From positions 100,601 to 164,600 of the forward strand of contig JBBTCH010000003.1 in NCBI GenBank assembly GCA_038043245.1: a stretch of DNA of 64,000 nucleotides. Reading direction: 5' to 3'. Numbering within the stretch: position 1 is the first letter of the stretch; each line of letters opens with the position of its first letter. Below, in pieces: positions 45,128-55,617 of this stretch. Below the pieces are notes generated by a model. The model made no database searches. It saw only the letters and a program-made list of their open reading frames with translations, and was not told the DNA's origin. This stretch comes from Pseudomonadota bacterium (lineage in GTDB: Bacteria > Pseudomonadota > Gammaproteobacteria > Nevskiales > Nevskiaceae). Made by a program: the position numbers and the translations under genes.

Positions 45128-45580
45128 ATGCCTAAAAAATCCGGCGTTGTGACAAAAGACGCGCTTGATCGGCGCCTGATTGCCCTGCTGCGCGAAAACG
45201 CGCGCGCCTCGACCGCAGAGCTGGCGCGCAAGCTGGATCTGTCCCGGACCACCGTGCAAAGTCGCATGCAGAAACTCGAAGCCAGGGGCCCGATCGCCGG
45301 CTACACGGTTCGCGTGCACGACGAGTACGAGCGCGGGCTTATTCGCGCGCATGTGCTGATCACCGCGCTGCCCAAGCTGTCTTCAAGGGTCGAAGCCGAT
45401 CTCAAGCGCGTGCCGGAGGTGCGCAGGCTCTACGCTGTAAGCGGTGCGCATGATTTCATCGCCTTGGTCGCGACCGAAACCGTCGAGACCATGAACACCC
45501 TGCTGGATCGTATTGGCGCGCTGGACGGCGTGGACCGTACGCAATCGTCCATCATCCTTTCGACGAGAATCGAACGCTAA
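45128..45580 (+). CDS. Lrp/AsnC-family transcriptional regulator
   Basis: LDRRLIALLRENARASTAELARKLDLSRTTVQSRMQKLE. Divergent from the lysine module. Confidence 0.9.
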   Translation: MPKKSGVVTKDALDRRLIALLRENARASTAELARKLDLSRTTVQSRMQKLEARGPIAGYTVRVHDEYERGLIRAHVLITALPKLSSRVEADLKRVPEVRRLYAVSGAHDFIALVATETVETMNTLLDRIGALDGVDRTQSSIILSTRIER

Positions 45581-45604
45581 ACCGGCGGCGACTAGAATAC
45601 GAAG

Positions 45605-47284
<1,680 letters not shown>

Positions 47285-47292
47285 GCGGATGT

Positions 47293-47355
47293 GTCATTTC
47301 GAGCGCAGCGAGAAATCTGATCAGATTCCTCGTCGAATACGCTCCTCGGAATGAC
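47293..47355. repeat. REP/MITE-like palindromic element (GTCATTCCGAGC family)
   Basis: GTCATTTCGAGCGCAGCGAGAAATCTGATCAGAT...CTCGGAATGAC with inverted termini. Confidence 0.6.
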
Positions 47356-47366
47356 AGGAAGAAAAA

Positions 47367-47996
47367 TCAACGCTCGAGAAGTTTTATATCCCCAAACCAC
47401 GCCCGCATGGCCCCGCCGGCGTTGTCGCAGTCGCTCATCAGAGCGATCCCATCGAGCGTTTCAATATCCAGTTCGAAGTAGTCCTTGAAATCGGCGCGCA
47501 GGTCGCGTCTTTCCGTGACCCATTTGCCGACTTTGCCAGCGCCGGATTCGACCGCGACCATGTGCACCTGACGGGCAAACGGGTTCGGCCAGTGACTGCC
47601 TTTGGGCTGCTGGCTGGCCCAGGTATATGCCACTGAGCGCGTGCGCCAGATTGCGAGCCCGCCTTTACGCACCACATAGATACGCGCCGGGAAGTCGTCG
47701 CCGGACTTTTCTTTTTCGTTGATGCCGGAATAGACGCGATCCACCTTCCAGCGCCATTGCAGGATCGGCGTCCGGGTCAGATCGATCCCGCCTTCATGGA
47801 TCAGGCCCGATGCGCTGGTCTTGCAGTTGGCCTGCACCACCTGCGTGTTGCCGTCTTTGACCAGCCGGTATGACGTGGGCGCCAGTTTTTTGAAGATTTG
47901 CGGTTCCCAGCCTTCGAATCCGGTCATGGAAAAAAGTCCCGGCGCGGCCCATGCCGGTGTCGCCAAAACAAGAGCGAACAGCCAGAGCTTCTTCAT
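47367..47996 (-). CDS. Secreted DUF3047-like protein
   Basis: Signal peptide. Pattern F.GWE...F.....T.Y.LV.DG...V..A....SASGL...ILQWRWKV as recalled for DUF3047. Confidence 0.6.
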   Translation of the reverse strand: MKKLWLFALVLATPAWAAPGLFSMTGFEGWEPQIFKKLAPTSYRLVKDGNTQVVQANCKTSASGLIHEGGIDLTRTPILQWRWKVDRVYSGINEKEKSGDDFPARIYVVRKGGLAIWRTRSVAYTWASQQPKGSHWPNPFARQVHMVAVESGAGKVGKWVTERRDLRADFKDYFELDIETLDGIALMSDCDNAGGAMRAWFGDIKLLER

Positions 47997-48655
47997 TCTG
48001 CAAAACCGTTGTGAGCGAGCCAGTCCGATACGGGTTGCTGGACATCGTTCAGGCGGCTGTGGAAGAAATGACCGGCGCCTTGCAGCGTCACCAGTTCCGG
48101 TGCCGGCTGATAGCGCATCAGTTCGGTTTTCGTACTTTCGTAACTCACGACATCGTCATCCATGCTGTGCAGTACGATCCACGGACAGCCCGGATGCGCC
48201 GGCCGGGGTTCAGACTCGAAATATTTGAACGGTGGCGCCACGGTCGCCAGCAGGGCAGGTTTGAGGCGCGCGGCGGCTTTCAGGGCAATGAAGGCGCCAA
48301 AGGAAAATCCTGCGAGCAGCAGCGGCAGCCCGGGCTGCTGTGTCTGCAGCCATTGCGCGACGACCACCGCGTCATCGGTTTCGCCGCGCCCCTGGTCATG
48401 AGAGCCCTCGCTCTGGCCCACGCCGCGAAAATTGAAGCGCACGGTTGCAAAGCCATGGTGCTGTGCGGTGGACGCTAGGGTGGTGACGACCTTGTTGGTC
48501 ATGGCACCGCCAAACAGCGGGTGCGGGTGACAGACGACTGCAACCCCGCGAACCTTGCCCGCAGGCATGGAAATTGCCAGCTGAATGGCGCCATGCGCGG
48601 CGGTCAATTTGTGACCGTTGCTGTGGCCGGGCAGGGGTAGAGAAAACTTACTCAT
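47993..48655 (-). CDS. Alpha/beta-superfamily hydrolase (COG2945-like)
   Basis: CHPHPLFGGAMTNKVV and the LAGFSFGA nucleophile elbow. Confidence 0.8.
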   Translation of the reverse strand: MSKFSLPLPGHSNGHKLTAAHGAIQLAISMPAGKVRGVAVVCHPHPLFGGAMTNKVVTTLASTAQHHGFATVRFNFRGVGQSEGSHDQGRGETDDAVVVAQWLQTQQPGLPLLLAGFSFGAFIALKAAARLKPALLATVAPPFKYFESEPRPAHPGCPWIVLHSMDDDVVSYESTKTELMRYQPAPELVTLQGAGHFFHSRLNDVQQPVSDWLAHNGFAE

Positions 48656-48773
48656 GAATAGTCCGTGAATTCAGCAAATCCGGTCTTGCCAGCTTACGCG
48701 AGGCCGCCTATAGTTCATTCCAGTCCCGTGCTGGGGTACGGGTCAACCCAAAAAGATTTCCAGGAGCAGCAGA

Positions 48774-49529
48774 ATGCGTAAGTCCTTACAGGCCATTGGT
48801 CTCGGCGCGCTTGTCGCGGTTTCCCTCGGCGCCTATGCCGTGGATTCGTTCGAAGTGCAGCCGGAATCCCGTGCTTACCTGAACTTCAATTTCGGCGGTG
48901 CGCCGGAAACGAAGCAGGAGTGGCATTACGGCCTCCAGTTCGGCCAGCGCGCGCAATATTCCCGCGAGGGTGACGTTCTGCGTCCGGCCAACTCGCTCAA
49001 TGTTGATTACTCCAACGTCGGCAATGGCTTGCTGGTCAACGGCAAGCCGTTGCGCCAGCGCAGCTATCGCCTGAATCAGGCTGAAGGCGAGGCCGCAGCC
49101 GCGGTTGCCGCCGAAGAGCCGGGCTTCTTTGGCAGCATCGGCAACTGGTTTGGCGACCTGTTTGGTGGCGGTGAAGAAGAGGCCGCTCCGGTGGCCGAAG
49201 GCGAAGCCGCTGCGACCGAGCCGGGCTTCTTCGACAGCTACACGTTCGCGGACTACGCACTGCTCGGCGTCGGCGTACTCGGCGTCGGTTATGCCATCGT
49301 TGAAGTTACCAAGAGTGAGGATTCCGAGGATCCGGCTGCGGCCAGCACGGACGGTGGTACTGACGGCGGTAATAGCCCGTTGGGCTGCGTTATTGAGCTT
49401 GACCCTGGCTGTATTCCTCTCTATTCAGGTCGCAGCGGCACGGCCAAGACTGATGTCCGGCGCGATGCGAATTACGCCGAATGGCTGGATGGTGGTACCG
49501 GTCAGATGGGCGACTTGGTTGCCCAGTAG
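48774..49529 (+). CDS. Secreted Glu/Gly-rich protein with internal acidic repeat and one TM segment
   Basis: Signal peptide. Two copies of AEGEAAA..EPGFF(G/D)S, plus GGGEEE and the hydrophobic YALLGVGVLGVGYAIV. No family recognised. Confidence 0.6.
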   Translation: MRKSLQAIGLGALVAVSLGAYAVDSFEVQPESRAYLNFNFGGAPETKQEWHYGLQFGQRAQYSREGDVLRPANSLNVDYSNVGNGLLVNGKPLRQRSYRLNQAEGEAAAAVAAEEPGFFGSIGNWFGDLFGGGEEEAAPVAEGEAAATEPGFFDSYTFADYALLGVGVLGVGYAIVEVTKSEDSEDPAAASTDGGTDGGNSPLGCVIELDPGCIPLYSGRSGTAKTDVRRDANYAEWLDGGTGQMGDLVAQ

Positions 49530-49547
49530 TTTCTGAATCGGAACAAA

Positions 49548-49582
49548 CAGGGGGAGCTTCGGCTCCCCTTGTCGTTTCTGTT
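49548..49582 (+). terminator. Rho-independent terminator
   Basis: CAGGGGGAGC-ttcg-GCTCCCCTTG followed by TCGTTTCTGTT. Confidence 0.65.
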
Positions 49583-49605
49583 ATCGGCTTTGAAATAATC
49601 CGTAC

Positions 49606-51441
49606 ATGACCTTCCAGCTCAGTGATCGCGGCCGCGAGTTTTTTGGCATCGATCTGCGCACGCTGGCGCTGTTCCGTGTTCTGCTGTCGGGCGTCATCGC
49701 CTGGAATCTGCTGATCCGCCTGACCGCCGTTCCGGAGTTTCTCAGCGACTGGGGCGTGATGCCGCGCGACTGGCTGATCAACTCCGCCGGCGCGATCCGC
49801 GTCAGCCTGTACATGATCAACGGCGGCACCTGGCTGGCCGTTCTGCTGTTGCTGACGGAGTTTCTGGCCGCACTGGCGATGCTGATCGGCTGGCACACAC
49901 GTGCGGCGGTATTGCTGGTATTTGTGCTCGAAGGTTCGCTGCAGTCGCGCAATCACATGATCCTGATCGGCGGCGACAACCTGATCATGTGCCTGCTGTT
50001 TTGGTCCTTGTTTCTACCGCTGGGCGCGCGCTGGAGCGTGGATGCCGCGCTTTCGACCACGCCGCCACCGCGCGACAACTTGTATCTGTCCTGGGCCTCG
50101 GCCGGCCTGCTGGTTCAGGTCATGTCGGTGTATTTCTTCAGCGCGGTGCTGAAGAACGGTGCCGACTGGTGGCCGGACGGAACCGCGGTGTACTACGCGC
50201 TGAGTCTCGACCGCTTTGCCGCACCGCTGGGCCAGTGGCTACGCGATATTCCGTTGCTGACGCATCCATTGACCTACTTCGTTTACTTCCTCGAGTGGGC
50301 AGGACCGATCCTGATCTTTCTGTATTCCCGTTATCTGCGTCTGGGAGTGATGCTGCTGTTCATGCTGATGCACACCGGCTTCATTTTCACGCTGGAGATA
50401 GGGCATTTCCCCTATGTCAGCCTGTCCTCGCTGACGGTGTTCATTGGTGGCTGGCTGTGGGACGCGGTGGCACGGGCGCGCGACCATGGCCGCAGCATCC
50501 GCATCTGGTACGACCGCGACTGCGGGTTCTGCTGGAAGATGTGCCGCCTGCTGGAAGTGTTCCTGGCATTGCCGCGGACGCAGATTCGTCCGGCGCAGGA
50601 CGACGCGGTCGCCGGTCCGCTCTTGATCGCCAACAATTCCTGGGTGGTGATGGACGACCGCGGCACTCACCTCAAATGGCAGGCCTTCGTCGCCCTGCTG
50701 CGCCATTCGCCGCTGTTCGGCCGGGCCTGGCGTATCGCCGCCTGGCGCATCTGGAACTGGCCAGGCACGATCGTCTACAACTTCGTGGCGTGGCAGCGGC
50801 CGCGCTTTGCTCGCCTGACGGGTGCTGTGCTGCCTGAACGTGCAGTGCGGTTCGAGGTCGGACCGTTTGCCCAGAAGTTCGTGGCGGTGATGGTGTTCGC
50901 GGTGTTTGCCTGGAACCTTTCAACCATCAAGGTATTGCCGGGAACAGTTGTGGGCACGCTCACCCCGTTTTTCACTTTGCTCCGGATTGATCAGCACTGG
51001 GGGATGTTTGCGCCCTATCCCTCGCATGATGACGGCTGGATGGTGGTCCCGGGGACGCTGGTGGACGGCACCGAGGTCAACGTGATCCGCCCTTGGGAAC
51101 GGTTGGACTACGACAAGCCCCGATACATTTCGCAGTCACATGAGTCCGGTATCCGGTGGCGCAAGTATCGCGAGCACTTGTGGTCAAAGAAGCATGCCGA
51201 TGAGCGGCTCTATTACGCGCGCTATCTGTGCCGCGACTGGAACCTGCGCGCCAGGCCTTCGAAGCGCCTGCTCTCGCTGGAACTGGTCTACATGCTCGAA
51301 CGCTCGGTGCCTGAGGGTCAGACGCCAGTGATTGAGCGCAAATCCCTTTGGAAACACCAATGCGTATCGCCCAAGGTGGCGGCAAAAGCCAAGGCGGAGA
51401 TCGTTGGCGGTGATTCGCCTGATTCAAAGCCGGGTGATTGA
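49606..51441 (+). CDS. HTTM (gamma-carboxylase-like membrane) domain fused to a DCC-family CxxC thiol-disulfide oxidoreductase
   Basis: FGIDLRTLALFRVLLSGV at the start of a multi-TM region. IWYDRDCGFCWKMC is a DCC-type CxxC. The C-terminal DQHWGMFAPYP region is also present. Confidence 0.8.
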   Translation: MTFQLSDRGREFFGIDLRTLALFRVLLSGVIAWNLLIRLTAVPEFLSDWGVMPRDWLINSAGAIRVSLYMINGGTWLAVLLLLTEFLAALAMLIGWHTRAAVLLVFVLEGSLQSRNHMILIGGDNLIMCLLFWSLFLPLGARWSVDAALSTTPPPRDNLYLSWASAGLLVQVMSVYFFSAVLKNGADWWPDGTAVYYALSLDRFAAPLGQWLRDIPLLTHPLTYFVYFLEWAGPILIFLYSRYLRLGVMLLFMLMHTGFIFTLEIGHFPYVSLSSLTVFIGGWLWDAVARARDHGRSIRIWYDRDCGFCWKMCRLLEVFLALPRTQIRPAQDDAVAGPLLIANNSWVVMDDRGTHLKWQAFVALLRHSPLFGRAWRIAAWRIWNWPGTIVYNFVAWQRPRFARLTGAVLPERAVRFEVGPFAQKFVAVMVFAVFAWNLSTIKVLPGTVVGTLTPFFTLLRIDQHWGMFAPYPSHDDGWMVVPGTLVDGTEVNVIRPWERLDYDKPRYISQSHESGIRWRKYREHLWSKKHADERLYYARYLCRDWNLRARPSKRLLSLELVYMLERSVPEGQTPVIERKSLWKHQCVSPKVAAKAKAEIVGGDSPDSKPGD

Positions 51442-52228
51442 TATCGGCGCGAATCTCGCGCACGAGAGTTTCGACAGGGATCGTGCCGCAGTGCTTGAAC
51501 GGGCCTGGGCCGCAGGGCTTTCCCGCATTGTGGTCACCGGCAGCTCGGCCGAGAGTTCGCAAGCAGCGCTGGCGCTGGCGCGCGAACATCCGAAACATCT
51601 GGTCTCAACCGTGGGTTTGCATCCGCACCATGCCTCGGAGTGGTCTGCTGATCTTTCGGCGCGATTCGAAGCGCTAGGGCAGAACCGCGAAGTGGTTGCG
51701 CTCGGCGAGTGCGGCCTCGACTATTTCCGTGACCTGTCGCCACGCGATGCGCAGCGCCGGGCGTTTGTGCAGCAGCTGGCGTTGGCGGTGAGACTGAAGA
51801 AGCCGGTGTTTTTGCACCAACGCGATGCGCATATCGATTTCTTGCCGATCCTGCGCGAGCACCGGTCGCATCTGGCCGATGTGGTCGTGCACTGCTTCAC
51901 CGATACGCGCGCGGCGCTGGAAGACACGCTGGCGCTGGATTGCCACATCGGCATCACCGGCTGGGTCTGCGATGAGCGTCGTGGCGCCGCCTTGCGCGAG
52001 ATCGTCGCTCTGATTCCCGACGATCGCCTGCTGATCGAGACCGATGCGCCGTATCTGCTGCCGCACAACGCGCCGGCAGAGCTCAAGAAGTCTACCGGCC
52101 GCCGCAACGAGCCTGCGCTGCTGCCGTGGGTAGTGAAAGCTCTGGCGCAGCTGCGCAACCAAACGGAACAACACGTCGCGGATATCACGACCGCCAATGC
52201 GCAGAGGTTTTTTCGCCTAGCCGCTTAG
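51434..52228 (+). CDS. tatD: TatD-family metal-dependent hydrolase/DNase
   Basis: A GTG at 51434 gives (M)IDIGANLAHESF and overlaps the upstream stop by 8 nt. ECGLDYF and ETDAPYLLP motifs are present. Confidence 0.85.
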   Translation: MIDIGANLAHESFDRDRAAVLERAWAAGLSRIVVTGSSAESSQAALALAREHPKHLVSTVGLHPHHASEWSADLSARFEALGQNREVVALGECGLDYFRDLSPRDAQRRAFVQQLALAVRLKKPVFLHQRDAHIDFLPILREHRSHLADVVVHCFTDTRAALEDTLALDCHIGITGWVCDERRGAALREIVALIPDDRLLIETDAPYLLPHNAPAELKKSTGRRNEPALLPWVVKALAQLRNQTEQHVADITTANAQRFFRLAA

Positions 52229-52258
52229 GGGATCTCTACTCAGGTTGATTCTGTCCAT

Positions 52259-52326
52259 GGTTCGACAAGCTCACCACGAACGGAATCAATTGCATAACCG
52301 TTCGCCCTGAGCTCGTCGAAGGGCGG
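52259..52326. repeat. Imperfect palindromic REP-like element
   Basis: GGTTCGACAAGCTCACCACGAACGG-aatcaattgcataa-CCGTTCGCCCTGAGCTCGTCGAAGGGC. Confidence 0.5.
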
Positions 52327-52364
52327 TGTACAGACTCCTGAAGGGCTCTTGGTTTAAAAAAACA

Positions 52365-52970
52365 TCAAGCTGGAGGCGTTCCCAGCATGTACAACGCCAC
52401 TTCGGAGAAAAGATTCGGTGCCAGCTGGGTGAGGAACCCGTCGCGCAGCTGATGGTTGAGCAGGCTGCGCTGGAGTACGCGCCAGCCTTGTTTCTGGCAC
52501 AGGTCCTCGAAGTCGGCGACGGTGCACAGGTGGATGTTGGGCGTGTTGAACCAGGTTTCGGGCAGCGCCGGTGTCACCGGCATGCGGCCGGCGGCCAGCG
52601 CCAGGCGCACGCGCCAGTGGCCGAAATTGGGGAAGGTGATGATGGCGGTGCGGCCGACGCGCAGCATCTCCGAGACCACGCGATCCGGCCGCTGCATCGC
52701 CTGTAGTGCCTGGTTCATCACCACGTAGTCGAAGCTGCCGTCGCTGAATTCGCGCAGGCCCTCGTCGACGTCGGCTTCAATCACGTTGACGCCGCGGCGC
52801 AGGCAGCGGGCGATGTTGTCGGGATCGATCTCGAGGCCATAGCCGCGAACCCCGTGCGTGGCGAGGTGCGCCAGCAGAGCGCCGTCGCCGCAGCCGAGGT
52901 CGAGTACGTTGCTCTGCGGCCGGATCCAGCCGGCGATGTGGGCGAGGTCGGGTCTGAGTTCAGCGCTCAT
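52365..52970 (-). CDS. metW: Methionine biosynthesis protein MetW
   Basis: [15 protein letters not shown]..., downstream of and overlapping metX. Confidence 0.9.
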   Translation of the reverse strand: MSAELRPDLAHIAGWIRPQSNVLDLGCGDGALLAHLATHGVRGYGLEIDPDNIARCLRRGVNVIEADVDEGLREFSDGSFDYVVMNQALQAMQRPDRVVSEMLRVGRTAIITFPNFGHWRVRLALAAGRMPVTPALPETWFNTPNIHLCTVADFEDLCQKQGWRVLQRSLLNHQLRDGFLTQLAPNLFSEVALYMLGTPPA

Positions 52971-54118
52971 GTCTGCATCGCCTCGCCGACGCGACCGAGC
53001 CAGGCCCGCAGCTGGCGGTGGTATTCCGGCAACGCCATCAGGAAATCGTCGTGGCCGAGTTGCGAGTCGATCAGCGCGTAGCTGACTTCGCGGCCGCCGG
53101 CGACCAGCGCCTTGACGATCTCGCGCGAGCGCGCCGGCGAGAAGCGCCAGTCGGCCTGGAAGGCGATGACGAAAAATCGGGCCTGTGCCTGACGGAACGC
53201 GGCCGACAGATCGCCGCCGAAGTCGCGTGCCGGATCAAAATAGTCCAGCGCCTTGGTCATCAGCAGGTAGGTGTTGGCGTCGAAGCGCTCGACGAAGCTC
53301 TGGCCCTGATGGCGCAGGTAGCTTTCGACCTCGAACTCGACGTCGAAGTTGAAGCTCGGCGCTGCGCTGCGCAGGTCCTGGCCGAACTTGGCGCGCATCG
53401 CCTCGTCCGAGAGATAGGTGATATGGCCGAGCATGCGTGCCAGCTTCAGCCCGCGCGAAGGCACGGTGCCGCGCTCGTAGAAATGGCCGCCGTGGAAATC
53501 CGGGTCGGACAGGATCGCCTGACGCGCGATCTCGTTGAAGGCGATGTTCTGCGCCGACAACCGCGGCGCAGCGGCGATCACCAGCGCGTGACGGATGCGC
53601 TGCGGAAAATCGATCGCCCATTGCATCACCTGGAAGCCGCCGAGGCTGCCGCCCATCACCACCGCCCACTGCTCGATGCCGAGCACATCGGCCAGCAGTG
53701 CCTGCGAGCGTACCCAGTCACGCACCGTCAGCAGGGGGAAGTCCGGTCCCCAGGGCTTGCCCGTCTCCGGGTTCGGCGTGTTCGGGCCGGTGCTGCCGCG
53801 GCAGCCGCCGAGATTGTTGAGAGCGACGACAAAGAAGCGATTGGTGTCCACCGGCTTGCCGGGGCCGATGCAGCTGTCCCACCAGCCCGGCTTGTGGTCG
53901 CCGGCGTGGTAACCGGCGGCGTGATGGTCGCCGGACAGCGCATGGCACACCAGCACCGCGTTGCTGCGTGCGATGTTGAGATTGCCGTAAGTCTCGATCA
54001 TCAGCTCGTGGCGCGGCAGCGTGCGCCCGCAGTCCAGCGCCAGCGGCGTTTCAATCGCGATGCATCGCGGCTTTACCAGGCCGACGGAATCCGCCGGATA
54101 GTCTTCTCGGTGGGGCAT
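52967..54118 (-). CDS. metX: Homoserine O-acyltransferase MetX
   Basis: Start at [15 protein letters not shown]. Motifs [13 protein letters not shown] and CHALSGDHH. The ORF-track extension to 54736 overlaps yggT and was rejected. Confidence 0.9.
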   Translation of the reverse strand: MPHREDYPADSVGLVKPRCIAIETPLALDCGRTLPRHELMIETYGNLNIARSNAVLVCHALSGDHHAAGYHAGDHKPGWWDSCIGPGKPVDTNRFFVVALNNLGGCRGSTGPNTPNPETGKPWGPDFPLLTVRDWVRSQALLADVLGIEQWAVVMGGSLGGFQVMQWAIDFPQRIRHALVIAAAPRLSAQNIAFNEIARQAILSDPDFHGGHFYERGTVPSRGLKLARMLGHITYLSDEAMRAKFGQDLRSAAPSFNFDVEFEVESYLRHQGQSFVERFDANTYLLMTKALDYFDPARDFGGDLSAAFRQAQARFFVIAFQADWRFSPARSREIVKALVAGGREVSYALIDSQLGHDDFLMALPEYHRQLRAWLGRVGEAMQT

Positions 54119-54672
54119 TACCAGTTCAACGGGCCGGGCAGGCCGATCAGCCGCGCCAGCACCTGGAATCCGAAAATCACCACCAGCGGCGAAAAATCGA
54201 TGCCGCTGGCCGAAGGCAGCCAGCGGCGCACCGGCCGCAGCAGCGGCTCGTTGATGGTCCACAGGATATTGCCCGCCGGGTTGTGCACGCCGGGCCCCAT
54301 CCACGACAGCAGCGCCTGCATGAACAGGGTGAAGGTGTAGAGGTTCAAGGTCATCACCACGATCTTGCGCCACAGATATTGGAAGATGACCCACTCCACG
54401 TGCAGTCCCTGCAGCCAGTAGATCAGCTTGATGTAGGCGAGCATCAGCACGATCAGTGCGAGAAAAGCGGCGACGTCGAAGCGCTTGTATTTGGGGATGA
54501 ACTTCGCCAGCGGGTCCACCAGTGGCCGGGTGACCTGATAGACCATCTGCGAAAACGGGTTGTAGAAGTCCGCGCGGCGCAGCTGCAGGATGATGCGCAG
54601 AATCAGCGCCCACAGAAACAATTCTGAGAGAGCACTCACAAAGAACAGCAGGGCGTTGTAGGCGTTGCTCAT
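54118..54672 (-). CDS. yggT: YggT-family membrane protein
   Basis: Two YggT repeats, [32 protein letters not shown] stop/start junction with metX. Confidence 0.85.
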   Translation of the reverse strand: MSNAYNALLFFVSALSELFLWALILRIILQLRRADFYNPFSQMVYQVTRPLVDPLAKFIPKYKRFDVAAFLALIVLMLAYIKLIYWLQGLHVEWVIFQYLWRKIVVMTLNLYTFTLFMQALLSWMGPGVHNPAGNILWTINEPLLRPVRRWLPSASGIDFSPLVVIFGFQVLARLIGLPGPLNW

Positions 54673-55481
54673 GTCTTTTCCAAGGTATCGCCCAATTCAG
54701 CAGCGCGCCGGTTGGCGGCTGCGAGCGCCTGCGCAAACAGTGCGCGGCCGCCGGCTGTATCGAGATGATTCACCGCTGCTTCGGTGGTGCCGCCCTTGGA
54801 GGTGACATTGACGCGCAACTGGCTGACATCGTCGACTGAGTGTTCCGCCATCCGTGCAGCGCCAATGAACGTCTGTCGCGCCAGTTTTGCCGCAGTGGCC
54901 TTGTCGAGGCCCAGCGCCGCGCCGGCCTCGCGCAGGGCTTCGGTCAGCCAGAAGTAGTACGCCGGACCGGAGCCGGACAGCGCGGTCACGGCATCCAGCT
55001 GTGCCTCGGCCGTCACCCACACGCACTCACCGGCAGCGTGCAACACGCTTTCCGCCTGTGCGCGCAGCGCCGGGCTGGGTGTTTCGGCATACAGACCGGT
55101 GATGCCGGCGCCGAGCAGGGCCGGCGTGTTCGGCATGCAGCGCACCAGCAGCGGCGTCGGCCCCAGCCAGCGTCGCAGGCTCGCCAGCCGCACACCGGCG
55201 GCGATCGAAATCACCGTGGTACCGGCGGCGAGTTTCAATCCGCGAACGGCCTCGTTCATCACCTGGGGTTTGACGGCCAGCACAACGATCTGCGCGCCGG
55301 CGACGGTTTCAGAAGCGCTGGTTTTCACCATGACCCCAAACTGGTCATGCAAAAGTTTTGCGCGCGAGGCATCCGGCTCGGCCACTGTCACGCGCGCAGC
55401 CGGGTGCCCGGCCTTGAGCAGGCCGCCGATCAGCGCGGCGGCCATCTGGCCGCCACCAATGAATGCGATCGAATCCGACAT
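54669..55481 (-). CDS. proC: Pyrroline-5-carboxylate reductase
   Basis: [21 protein letters not shown]..., GTTEAAV. Confidence 0.9.
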   Translation of the reverse strand: MSDSIAFIGGGQMAAALIGGLLKAGHPAARVTVAEPDASRAKLLHDQFGVMVKTSASETVAGAQIVVLAVKPQVMNEAVRGLKLAAGTTVISIAAGVRLASLRRWLGPTPLLVRCMPNTPALLGAGITGLYAETPSPALRAQAESVLHAAGECVWVTAEAQLDAVTALSGSGPAYYFWLTEALREAGAALGLDKATAAKLARQTFIGAARMAEHSVDDVSQLRVNVTSKGGTTEAAVNHLDTAGGRALFAQALAAANRRAAELGDTLEKT

Positions 55482-55531
55482 ACCACGCATAATAAAGGAA
55501 GCTTCAAACAAGACCCGATCAATTTACACAA

Positions 55532-55600
55532 CGTCATTCCGGCGAAAGCCGGAATCCAGAGCTTCAAGACCCTGGACACCGGCTTGCGCCGGTGTGACGA
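55532..55600. repeat. Double-hairpin REP-like element
   Basis: CATTCCGGC-gaaa-GCCGGAATC and ACACCGGC-ttgc-GCCGGTGT, with outer CGTCA...TGACG. Confidence 0.6.
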
Positions 55601-55617
55601 ATTCAAGAGTGTTGTTC

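Noticed and set aside
55099-55617. N-terminal 173-aa extension of the ilvA ORF (similar extensions occur on the ORFs at 41528..43276, 52967..54736 and 37819..39297)
   Set aside because: The extensions overlap neighbouring genes or repeats and lack homology-like sequence. Internal starts (ATG 55618, TTG 42943, ATG 54118, ATG 37927) give canonical N-termini and sensible gene junctions.
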